Assembly: GCA_944376655.1 (NCBI GenBank)
Contig: CALWDJ010000001.1
Span: forward strand, 28,767 to 92,766
Direction: 5' to 3'
Source of the DNA: an uncultured Clostridia bacterium
GTDB lineage: Bacteria > Bacillota > Clostridia > Oscillospirales > Acutalibacteraceae
Length of the DNA: 64,000 bases
The notes under the pieces are model-generated. The model was not told the origin of the DNA. It searched no databases and was given only the letters and a program-made list of their open reading frames with translations. Below are positions 55,659 through 64,000 of the stretch, in pieces. Position numbers and translations under genes: made by a program. Positions within the stretch are counted from its first letter, which is position 1. Each line of letters starts with the position of its first letter.

Positions 55659-57340
55659 TAGTATCAAAAGCGAAGGAACAGGTAAATATATGCGTAAAAC
55701 AGGCTTTGGACGCCGCCCTCAAAGAGGGATTTCTTGAAGCCGCCTCAGAGCCGGCGGACTTTTCGGTTTCGGTTCCGCAGAACCGCGAGCACGGGGATTA
55801 TGCCGCCAACGCGGCAATGGTCTGGTCAAAAGCATTTCGTATGCCGCCGCGCAAAATCGCGGAAATTCTCTCGGAAAAATTTGATTTTGACGGAACATAT
55901 ATTGAGAAAAGCGAAATTGCAGGTCCGGGCTTTATAAATTTTTTCCTGTCAGACAAATATTATGCCGATATTCTTGCCGATGTTGATGAAAAAGGTAAAG
56001 ATTACGGCAAAAGTGATTACGGCGCCGGCAAGCGTGTACTTGTTGAGTTTGTTTCCGCTAATCCTACCGGACCTATGCACATCGGAAACGCACGCGGCGG
56101 TGCACTAGGCGACTGTCTTGCTTCGGTTCTTGAAGCGGCAGGATATTATACAGAGCGTGAATTTTATATAAATGATGCCGGAAATCAGATAAATAAATTT
56201 GGTTTATCACTTGAGCTGAGGTATCTCCAACTTTATAAAGACGGAATTGAAATGCCGGAGGATTCATATCACGGCGAGGATATAATTCAGCACGCAAAGG
56301 ACTTTGCCGAAATTTACGGTGACAGCTTTGTTGAAAAAAGCGAGGTTGAGCGCCGCAAGGCACTGGTTGATTTCGCTCTGCCGAAAAATATAAAAGGTCT
56401 TGAAACTGATCTTGCTAAATACCGTATTCATTACGATACGTGGTTCAAGGAAAGCTCACTTCACAAAAGCGGAGAAACTGCAAGAATTATAGAGCTGATT
56501 AAAAAGAGCGGATATACCTATGAGAGTGAAGGCGCTTTATGGTTCAGAGCAACCGATTTCGGCTGTGACAAGGATTTTGTGCTTGTCAGGGCAAACGGTG
56601 TCCCGACTTATGTCGTGCCGGATATCGCCTATCATTACAATAAGCTTGTAACACGTAATTTTGACAAGGCTATCGACATACTCGGAGCAGACCATCACGG
56701 GTATGTTCCGCGGCTCAAAGCCGCGCTTACCGCTCTCGGGATAGACGCGGACAGGCTTGACGTTGTTCTTATGCAGATGGTTCGGCTTGTGCGCGACGGA
56801 GAGGTTATAAAAGCGTCAAAGCGTTCCGGCAAGGCTATTACTCTTGTTACACTGCTTGACGAGGTTCCGATAGACGCCGCAAGGTTCTTCTTTAACCTGC
56901 GTGAGCCGAACAGTCATTTTGATTTTGACCTTGATCTTGCGGTTAACGAATCAAACTCCAATCCGGTTTATTATGTGCAGTACGCTTACGCACGCATATG
57001 CAGCATAATAAGAAATCTTGAGACAGAGGGAATCAAACGCCGCAAATGCAGTCAGGACGAGCTTACGCTTCTGAATACGCCCGAAGAAAGGGAGCTTACG
57101 CTTCATATTGCCGCGCTGACGGACGAAATTATTATGTCGGCAAAGACATATGATCCGGCGCGCATTACGCACTATGTGACCGAGCTTGCGACAAAGTTCC
57201 ACAAATTTTATTCGGTATGCCGTGTCAAGGGAAACGACGAGAGCCTTACACAGGCAAGGCTCACCCTTTGCAGCGATACGGCTACGGTAATAAAGAATGT
57301 TCTTACTCTTATGAAAATCACAGCGCCTGAAAAAATGTGA
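55649..57340 (+). CDS. argS: Arginyl-tRNA synthetase
   Basis: It has SANPTGPMHIGNARG (HIGH) and a C-terminal DALR-type anticodon-binding domain (YVQYAYARI). Confidence 0.93.
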   Translation: MSVVVSKAKEQVNICVKQALDAALKEGFLEAASEPADFSVSVPQNREHGDYAANAAMVWSKAFRMPPRKIAEILSEKFDFDGTYIEKSEIAGPGFINFFLSDKYYADILADVDEKGKDYGKSDYGAGKRVLVEFVSANPTGPMHIGNARGGALGDCLASVLEAAGYYTEREFYINDAGNQINKFGLSLELRYLQLYKDGIEMPEDSYHGEDIIQHAKDFAEIYGDSFVEKSEVERRKALVDFALPKNIKGLETDLAKYRIHYDTWFKESSLHKSGETARIIELIKKSGYTYESEGALWFRATDFGCDKDFVLVRANGVPTYVVPDIAYHYNKLVTRNFDKAIDILGADHHGYVPRLKAALTALGIDADRLDVVLMQMVRLVRDGEVIKASKRSGKAITLVTLLDEVPIDAARFFFNLREPNSHFDFDLDLAVNESNSNPVYYVQYAYARICSIIRNLETEGIKRRKCSQDELTLLNTPEERELTLHIAALTDEIIMSAKTYDPARITHYVTELATKFHKFYSVCRVKGNDESLTQARLTLCSDTATVIKNVLTLMKITAPEKM

Positions 57341-57361
57341 TAAAGCAAGGGAGTTTTTATA

Positions 57362-58804
57362 ATGCACAACAAAGAGCTTAATCTTACGATGATAATGGAC
57401 TTGTATGAGCTTACAATGTCCAACGGTATTTTCACAAGCGAAATGCGGGATACCGTAACCTATTTCGATATGTTCTTCCGCAGAGTGCCGGACGACGGCG
57501 GATACGCTATTATGGCTGGTCTTGAGCAGCTCATCGAGTATATGAATAATCTGAGATTTTCCGACGATGATATAAAATATCTTGAAAGTCTCAAGCTGTT
57601 TTCACCGGAATTCATAGATTATCTGCGCGGCTTTAAATTCACCTGCGATGTATGGGCTATGCCTGAGGGCACTGTTATTTTCCCGCATGAGCCGATTGTC
57701 ACGGTAAGAGGTCCGGCAATGCAGGCGCTTATGCTTGAGACTATGCTTCTTCTTACCGTAAATCACCAGTCGCTTATCGCCACAAAATCGAACCGCATTG
57801 TCCGCGCGGCCGACGGCAGGCCGGTTATGGAGTTCGGCGCGAGACGTGCTCACGGATACGGTGCTGCCTATTACGGGGCACGCGCGGCGATTATCGGCGG
57901 ATGCACCGGTACTTCGTGTCTTCTTACGGCAAAGGATTTCGGCGTGCCTGCTTCAGGAACAATGGCGCACAGCTGGGTACAGCTTTTCAGCGATGAATAT
58001 ACCGCCTTTAAAACCTATGCCGAAAAGTATCCGGATTCCTGTATGCTCCTTGTTGACACATATAATGTCCTAAAATCAGGCATACCGAACGCCATAAAAG
58101 TATTTGACGATGTGTTGAAGCCGCTCGGAAAGCGTCCTTTGGGAATAAGAATCGACAGCGGCGATATAACATATATCACCAAGCGTGCGAGAAAAATGCT
58201 TGATGACGCAGGATATGAGGACTGCAAAATCTGCATATCAAATTCTCTTGACGAATACCTGATACGCGATATGATATTCCAGGGAGCTAAGGTTGACAGT
58301 TTCGGTGTCGGTGAGCGCCTTATCACCGCTTCAAGCGAGGCGGTTTTCGGCGGTGTATATAAGCTGTCGGCGGTAGAGAAAAACGGAGAAATCATACCTA
58401 AAATCAAAATCAGTGAAAACGCTGCAAAAATAACCCTTCCGGGTGTTAAAATCCCTTGGCGGCTTTATGACCGTGAAACCGGAAAGGCCATTGCCGATGT
58501 TATAACGCTCGGAAACGAGAAAATCGCTTCCGACGAGCCGTATGAAATATTCGACCCTGACCACACATGGAAACGTAAGGTCGTAACCGATTTTGTGGCT
58601 AAAAAGCTCCAGACAAAGATATTTGAAAAGGGGAAGCAGGTTTACACCTCTCCGTCCGTAAAGGAAATCTCAAAATACCGTGCCGAACAGGTCGGATCGC
58701 TCTGGGACGAGGTAACAAGATTTGAAAATCCGCACACCTACTATGTTGATCTTTCAGAGGATTTATGGGAGCTGCGTCACAATCTGCTTAACAGCTTTTC
58801 ATAA
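57362..58804 (+). CDS. pncB: Nicotinate phosphoribosyltransferase
   Basis: It has MDLYELTM, FGARRAHG, TMAHSWV and RIDSGD motifs. Confidence 0.9.
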   Translation: MHNKELNLTMIMDLYELTMSNGIFTSEMRDTVTYFDMFFRRVPDDGGYAIMAGLEQLIEYMNNLRFSDDDIKYLESLKLFSPEFIDYLRGFKFTCDVWAMPEGTVIFPHEPIVTVRGPAMQALMLETMLLLTVNHQSLIATKSNRIVRAADGRPVMEFGARRAHGYGAAYYGARAAIIGGCTGTSCLLTAKDFGVPASGTMAHSWVQLFSDEYTAFKTYAEKYPDSCMLLVDTYNVLKSGIPNAIKVFDDVLKPLGKRPLGIRIDSGDITYITKRARKMLDDAGYEDCKICISNSLDEYLIRDMIFQGAKVDSFGVGERLITASSEAVFGGVYKLSAVEKNGEIIPKIKISENAAKITLPGVKIPWRLYDRETGKAIADVITLGNEKIASDEPYEIFDPDHTWKRKVVTDFVAKKLQTKIFEKGKQVYTSPSVKEISKYRAEQVGSLWDEVTRFENPHTYYVDLSEDLWELRHNLLNSFS

Positions 58805-58853
58805 AACAGGAAAATTATTATTTGCGGCATTTTAAAAGAAAGGATCCGTTATA

Positions 58854-59423
58854 ATGAAAAAAATTGTTTCAATTCTTTTGTCAGCTGTGATTTTGTTCAG
58901 CTTTGCCGCCTGCGGAAAGGAAAAAGCAGAAAGCAGTACTCCTTCTGTTGACCTTGAGTATTATGCCAAATTAGGCAGCATACCTGACTGTCCTTATAAG
59001 CTGGGACAGGATATCGAGGAACTTAAATCAGCTCTTGAAACTGCTGAAAAAGAGACTGTCGAGGCGGGCGGCGATTATGTGTATCAGGTTACAGAAGGAG
59101 AGCTGAGCGTTCAGATAAACAACGGAAGCTATATTTACTATTACGAAAAAGATAAAGAAGTTGCCGGTATCTCGTATATTGCCGCCCTTGACTCGGCATT
59201 CGGCTTTGACTCTGGCGAATCGATACTGAGTGTTAAGGACGCGCTTGCGGGCATCGAGTATACGGAGGAAGACGCTACATCTGACAATGTGTTTTTCATG
59301 CTTGGCTTTTCAGGCGGAAAGCTGCTTAAATACACTTTTGACAATATTACTATAATTTTCGTATTCAGTGACAGTATGCTTACGGCTGCCGCTATATACG
59401 ATACAGATAACTGGACTATATGA
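58854..59423 (+). CDS. Lipoprotein of unknown function
   Basis: The signal peptide has the lipobox SFAAC. No recognised domain. Confidence 0.6.
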   Translation: MKKIVSILLSAVILFSFAACGKEKAESSTPSVDLEYYAKLGSIPDCPYKLGQDIEELKSALETAEKETVEAGGDYVYQVTEGELSVQINNGSYIYYYEKDKEVAGISYIAALDSAFGFDSGESILSVKDALAGIEYTEEDATSDNVFFMLGFSGGKLLKYTFDNITIIFVFSDSMLTAAAIYDTDNWTI

Positions 59424-59436
59424 TATAGGAGAAAAT

Positions 59437-61839
59437 ATGGCACTTAACATTCAAGAAACAAACACAATATTGCCTTTGCTGGCGTTGCGCGGTCTTGTAG
59501 TGTTCCCGGGTACTGTGCTGTCATTCGATGTCGGGAGAAAGAAGTCTGCGGCGGCGCTTAAATACGCAATGGAGCATAATCAGCTTATTTTTGCCGTAGC
59601 ACAGAAAGAAATATATGTTGAAAATCCGGAAAATAAGGATTTGTATGAAATCGGCTGTGTCGTCAAGGTACGTCAGATTTTGAAAATATCCGATACGGCT
59701 GTAAAGGTTCTGGTTGAGGGCTTGTACCGGGCGCGTTACATCGGTTTGTCGGAAAAATCCGGATTTTTCATTTCCGAAATCGAAAAAATCGTGGATAAGC
59801 CGGTTAAAAACCGTCCGGTATATATTGAAACCCTGCTCAGGAGAGTAAGAACACAGTTTGAAAAATATGTTTCGGTCTATTCCAATATTTCGCCTGATGT
59901 CGTTATGCGCATCGCGGAAACCTCGGATTTGGGTTTTTTATCCGATTACATAGCGTCAAACGTTCCGGCTCCGTATGATGACAGACAGTATGTGCTTGAG
60001 CAGTCCGACCCTGTAAAGCGCGCCAAGATACTTATTGAAATGCTTGACAAAGAGCGCGAAATAGGGGAGATAGACCGCAGAATCAATGAGAAAACGAAAG
60101 CGGCGATAGACGAAAATCAGCGTGAGTATTATCTGCGCGAGCAGATGAAGGCGATAAGCACCGAACTGTACGGCGATGAGACCGCCGACGAGATTGACGA
60201 TTATCATTTTAAAATCGATAAGCTCTGCGCCGATGACAGCGTTAAGGAAGCACTGCATCTTCAGGTTAATAAACTGGCGAAAATGCCGGGAGGTTCACAT
60301 GAGGGAACAGTGGTAAGAGGTTATCTCGACACCTGTCTTGAGCTTCCGTGGAATAAGGATACCGCCGTTTCGACCGACATTAAAAAAGCCGAAAAAATAC
60401 TTGACCGCGATATTTACGGAATGGAAAAGGTCAAGGAGCGTATACTTGAAATGCTGTCGGTTTATGCTGTAGCGCCTGACATCAAGGGTCAGATAATATG
60501 TCTTGTCGGCCCTCCGGGCGTCGGAAAAACCTCAATAGGCAAGACCATAGCCGAATGTATGGGAAGAAAATTTGCCCGTATTTCTTTGGGCGGAGTACAC
60601 GACGAGGCGGAGATACGCGGACACCGCAAAACATATATAGGCGCAATGCCGGGCAAAATAATAGATGCCGTAAAGCGTGCCGGAAGCGGCAATCCGTTGC
60701 TTCTGCTCGATGAGCTTGATAAGCTCGGAAGCGATTACAAGGGCGACCCGTCTTCGGCGCTTCTTGAGGTTCTCGATCCGGAACAGAACAACACGTTTAC
60801 GGATCATTTTATCGAAATACCTTATGATCTCAGCCGCACTGTTTTTATCGCTACGGCGAACAATTCTGATACAATTCCGGCTCCGCTGCTTGACCGTATG
60901 GAAATAATTGAGATAAGCAGCTATACAAGAGAAGAAAAATTCAATATCGCCAAAAGGCATCTCTGTGCTAAACAGATTAAACGTCACGGACTGTCTTCTA
61001 AAAATATCCGCATTACCGATGAGGCAATTTACGCACTTATTGATTTCTACACAAGGGAAGCCGGCGTCAGAAAGCTCGAAAGAAGTATTGCCGCGCTCTG
61101 CCGTAAGTCCGCGAAGCTGATAGCTTCAGGAGAGTCACAGAGGGTAACGGTTAAAGCTGAAGATGTTCAGAAAATGCTCGGAAAGCATCGCTACAAGCCC
61201 GAGGAAATCCTCGAAACCGATGAGGTGGGTATTATCAACGGTCTCGCCTGGACGTCGGTAGGCGGCGAAATAATGCAGCTTGAAGTTTCCTCAATGCCGG
61301 GAACCGGTAAAATTGAGCTTACCGGCTCGCTCGGTGATGTAATGAAGGAATCGGCAATGGCTGCGGTAAGCTATGTGCGTTCAAATGCTCAAAGGCTCTC
61401 TGTTGATCCTGATTTCTACAAGACAAAGGATATTCATATTCACGCCACAGAGGCCGCAGTACCTAAAGACGGGCCGTCGGCAGGCGTTACCATGACTGTG
61501 GGTCTTGTTTCAGAGCTTACTGGACGTCCCGTAAGACGTGACATCGCCATGACGGGTGAAGTGACCATCAGGGGCAGAGTGCTCCCGATAGGCGGGCTTA
61601 AGGAAAAAAGTATGGCGGCGTACAGAGGAGGGGTAAAGACTGTTTTTATTCCTAAAGACAATCTGCCTGACCTTGAGGACGTTGATCCGGCCGTTAAGCA
61701 AAAGGTCCGTTTTATCGCAGTTGCGAACGTAGATGAAATTATTACAGAGGCTCTTCTTCCGGTTGCGGCTCATAAGGATAACTCGGTGATTTTCAGCAGC
61801 ATGGTACAGGAAGCTGCGCCAAACCGCATCAGCCAGTGA
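59437..61839 (+). CDS. lon: ATP-dependent Lon protease (LonA)
   Basis: The N-terminal LON domain is LPLLALRGLVVFPG, Walker A is GPPGVGKTS, and the catalytic Ser is in KDGPSAGV. I prefer the start at MALNIQE. Confidence 0.93.
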   Translation: MALNIQETNTILPLLALRGLVVFPGTVLSFDVGRKKSAAALKYAMEHNQLIFAVAQKEIYVENPENKDLYEIGCVVKVRQILKISDTAVKVLVEGLYRARYIGLSEKSGFFISEIEKIVDKPVKNRPVYIETLLRRVRTQFEKYVSVYSNISPDVVMRIAETSDLGFLSDYIASNVPAPYDDRQYVLEQSDPVKRAKILIEMLDKEREIGEIDRRINEKTKAAIDENQREYYLREQMKAISTELYGDETADEIDDYHFKIDKLCADDSVKEALHLQVNKLAKMPGGSHEGTVVRGYLDTCLELPWNKDTAVSTDIKKAEKILDRDIYGMEKVKERILEMLSVYAVAPDIKGQIICLVGPPGVGKTSIGKTIAECMGRKFARISLGGVHDEAEIRGHRKTYIGAMPGKIIDAVKRAGSGNPLLLLDELDKLGSDYKGDPSSALLEVLDPEQNNTFTDHFIEIPYDLSRTVFIATANNSDTIPAPLLDRMEIIEISSYTREEKFNIAKRHLCAKQIKRHGLSSKNIRITDEAIYALIDFYTREAGVRKLERSIAALCRKSAKLIASGESQRVTVKAEDVQKMLGKHRYKPEEILETDEVGIINGLAWTSVGGEIMQLEVSSMPGTGKIELTGSLGDVMKESAMAAVSYVRSNAQRLSVDPDFYKTKDIHIHATEAAVPKDGPSAGVTMTVGLVSELTGRPVRRDIAMTGEVTIRGRVLPIGGLKEKSMAAYRGGVKTVFIPKDNLPDLEDVDPAVKQKVRFIAVANVDEIITEALLPVAAHKDNSVIFSSMVQEAAPNRISQ

Positions 61840-61842
61840 AGG

Positions 61843-62433
61843 GTGAACGCCGTGAATTACAATAACGCTTTTTTTGAAAAGGCATTCGGAAGACCTGAGC
61901 AGCTTGAAGTATCCGATGTTCCGGAGTTCTGCTTTTGCGGACGCTCAAATGTCGGAAAATCCACACTGATAAACAAAATACTCGGCAGAAAATCGATAGC
62001 GCGGGTTAGCTCAAAGCCCGGAAAAACAGTCACGGTTAATTTTTTCAGAGTGGAGAATATCAGGCTTGTCGATTTGCCGGGATACGGGTACGCTAAGGTT
62101 CCCTTTTCCGAAAAGGACAGATGGTCCGAGCTTATGGAGGCGTATTTCGGGAGCAAAAGAAATATCAGAATGGCTTTTCAGCTGATTGATATGCGTCATC
62201 CCGCTACCGAGTTTGACCTTACCATGCTTGAATTTATGCGGCATAATAAAATCCCGTATACCGTAGTGCTTACAAAGTCTGACAAGCTGAATAAAACCGA
62301 AACCGCCGAACGCCTTTCACTCATCAGAGATGAGCTCGGTGTTTTTGCGGAGAATACCGAAATTATTACTTTTTCCGCAAACAAAAACGATGATGCCCAA
62401 AAATTACGGCAAGTAATTGAAAAAATGCTTTGA
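61843..62433 (+). CDS. engB: Ribosome biogenesis GTP-binding protein YihA/YsxC
   Basis: G1 is GRSNVGKST, G3 is DLPGYG and G4 is TKSDK. It follows lon as in Bacillus and uses a GTG start. Confidence 0.9.
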   Translation: MNAVNYNNAFFEKAFGRPEQLEVSDVPEFCFCGRSNVGKSTLINKILGRKSIARVSSKPGKTVTVNFFRVENIRLVDLPGYGYAKVPFSEKDRWSELMEAYFGSKRNIRMAFQLIDMRHPATEFDLTMLEFMRHNKIPYTVVLTKSDKLNKTETAERLSLIRDELGVFAENTEIITFSANKNDDAQKLRQVIEKML

Positions 62434-62437
62434 ATTG

Positions 62438-62466
62438 TTGACATAATAATCTCATAATGATATAAT
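62438..62466 (+). promoter_or_regulatory. Consensus sigma-A promoter of the asnS leader
   Basis: TTGACA-17 nt-TATAAT, exact consensus hexamers. Confidence 0.75.
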
Positions 62467-62474
62467 TGTACTGT

Positions 62475-62740
62475 TAAAAGCTATGATGGAGAGAAGTAGT
62501 TTTGTTTAAGGACGCAAAGAGAGCCGTCGGCGGTGGGAAGACGGTCGTCCCGCATTATGAATAACACTCCGGAGCCGCGATCTGAACCCCTTTTTGTATG
62601 GGCAGTAGGTGAGCCGTACATGATGCGTTAAATCAGACCTCTTTGCAGGTCAAAAGCGACCTTTTAAGGTAAATCGGGTGGCACCGCGGATAGCGCCTAT
62701 TCGTCCTGATAATTTCGGGATAAATAGGCGCTTTTTTATT
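62475..62740 (+). promoter_or_regulatory. T-box riboswitch leader, Asn-specific
   Basis: The T-box sequence AAATCGGGTGGCACCGCG lies at 62671-62688. The terminator is AGCGCCTATT...AATAGGCGCT plus a T-run at 62692-62740. Stem I has AGAGA/AGTA elements. The specifier region GAAUAACA holds AAU/AAC Asn codons at 62560-62565. Confidence 0.85.
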
Positions 62741-62760
62741 TTATAAGGGAGTAATAAATT

Positions 62761-64000
62761 ATGAAACACACCGATATAATTGAGATATTTGAAAAAAGTG
62801 AGCTTGTCGGTACTGATGTTACCGTGTGCGGCTGGGTCAGGACCTCGCGCGATTCAAAAAATATGGCTTTTATCGAGCTTAATGACGGTACGAGTCTCAG
62901 GCATCTTCAGATAGTTATCAATAAATCCGACTTTGAAGATATTTCGGATTATATGAAGCTCGGAACTTCACTAAAAATAAGCGGCACGGTTGTAAAATCA
63001 GCTGTTGCGGTAGATTCTGTTGAGATTAACGCTGCCGGGATTTCAGTGCTCGGAGAATGTCCTCAGGATTACCCGCTTCAGAAAAAACGTCACACGCTTG
63101 AGTATCTGCGTACAATTCCTCATCTAAGAGTAAGAACAAATACTTTTAATGCCGTTTTCCGTGTCCGTTCGGTCGTTTCCGCCTGTATTCACGAGTTTTT
63201 CCAGGCGAGACATTTTGTATACGTCCATACTCCGCTTATAACGGCAAGTGACTGCGAGGGTGCGGGCGAGATGTTCAAAGTAACCACTATCGGTTACAGC
63301 GATAAATACAAAAATGAAGAGGAATATTATGCCGATGATTTTTTCGGCAAAAAAGCCGCACTGAGTGTATCGGGACAGCTTGAGGGTGAAGTCGCCGCAA
63401 TGGCATTCGGAAAGATTTACACATTCGGGCCTTCCTTCCGCGCCGAAAAAAGCAACACTCCGAGACATGTCGCAGAGTTTTGGCACGTTGAGCCGGAGGT
63501 CGCGTTTGCGGAGCTTCCGGATATTATCGAAATCGCAGAGGCACTTATCAAACACATAATCAATACCGTGCTTGAAAAATGCCCTGAGGAGCTTAAATTT
63601 TTTGACAGGCATTTTGAAAACGGACTGATTGAAAAGCTGAAAGCCGTTGTATCGCACGATTTCGCAGTAATGACCTATACTGAAGCGGTTGAGCTTCTGA
63701 AAAAATCGGAAAAAGATTTCCAGTATCCTGTCGAATGGGGCAGTGACCTTATGACAGAGCACGAGCGTTATATTTCCGAGGAAATATATAAAAGACCGGT
63801 TTTCCTTACGGACTATCCTAAGGACATCAAGTCTTTTTATATGAAACAGAATCCCGACGGCAAAACGGTTGCCGCGACCGATCTGCTGGTGCCGGGAGTA
63901 GGGGAGATAATCGGCTGCAGCGAGCGTGAAGCAGACCTTGAAAAACTGCTTGACGCTATGAAATCACGGAATATGTCGCTTGACGAGTATGAGCATTATA
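62761..64000 (+). CDS. asnS: Asparaginyl-tRNA synthetase; the 3' end lies outside the window
   Basis: The frame is open from the ATG (AAGGGAG RBS) to the window end. It has an N-terminal OB fold (VCGWVRTSRDSK..FIELNDG) and class II motifs FRAE..NT.RH and DLLVPGVGEIIG.SERE. Confidence 0.9.
   Translation, partial: MKHTDIIEIFEKSELVGTDVTVCGWVRTSRDSKNMAFIELNDGTSLRHLQIVINKSDFEDISDYMKLGTSLKISGTVVKSAVAVDSVEINAAGISVLGECPQDYPLQKKRHTLEYLRTIPHLRVRTNTFNAVFRVRSVVSACIHEFFQARHFVYVHTPLITASDCEGAGEMFKVTTIGYSDKYKNEEEYYADDFFGKKAALSVSGQLEGEVAAMAFGKIYTFGPSFRAEKSNTPRHVAEFWHVEPEVAFAELPDIIEIAEALIKHIINTVLEKCPEELKFFDRHFENGLIEKLKAVVSHDFAVMTYTEAVELLKKSEKDFQYPVEWGSDLMTEHERYISEEIYKRPVFLTDYPKDIKSFYMKQNPDGKTVAATDLLVPGVGEIIGCSEREADLEKLLDAMKSRNMSLDEYEHY

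Overview
This window looks like a chromosomal core region of a spore-forming Clostridia-class Firmicute. That placement rests on gene content and synteny only, and GC looks mid-40s % by eye (not computed). About 58 protein genes are supportable, and most are housekeeping. One block keeps the Bacillus-type order yicC-remA-gmk-rpoZ-priA-def-fmt-rsmB-rlmN-stp-prkC-rsgA-spoVM. Other core genes are nif3-glnS-gltX-nrdR, addBA, scpAB, ytfIJ-dacB, rluB, murI-argS, pncB, lon-engB, and a T-box-controlled asnS that runs off the right edge. The RNA and regulatory features I can support are two tRNA-Ser genes, one Asn T-box leader, several near-consensus sigma-A promoters and several rho-independent terminators. 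I see no CRISPR array, rRNA, integrase, transposase or recognisable defence system. The accessory or unusual parts are as follows. (1) A tight six-gene minus-strand operon at 1114-6395 has an ECF sigma and an RsiV-like anti-sigma embedded in an MBOAT + DHHW O-acyltransferase module, plus a DUF4358-like lipoprotein and a second SGNH esterase. This is my best candidate for an undescribed envelope-modification system. (2) A roughly 1.1 kb poorly explained stretch at 7023-8160 lies next to the tRNA-Ser pair. It holds a perfect 3 x 10 bp GATAAT-containing repeat upstream of a flavodoxin gene, three stacked minus-strand terminators with no genes between them, and a 20-bp-phased array of G5/TGCA repeats in the 3' region of an orphan lower-GC ORF. 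(3) Two micro-ORFs fall below the ORF-track cutoff: a SpoVM-like 27-aa peptide and a Cys-rich 49-aa membrane peptide. (4) A carbohydrate/esterase locus at 26159-31600 contains two gene relics. (5) Three exported proteins carry Ser/Asp-rich low-complexity tails. All family assignments come from motifs read by eye and remembered homologues. No database search was run.
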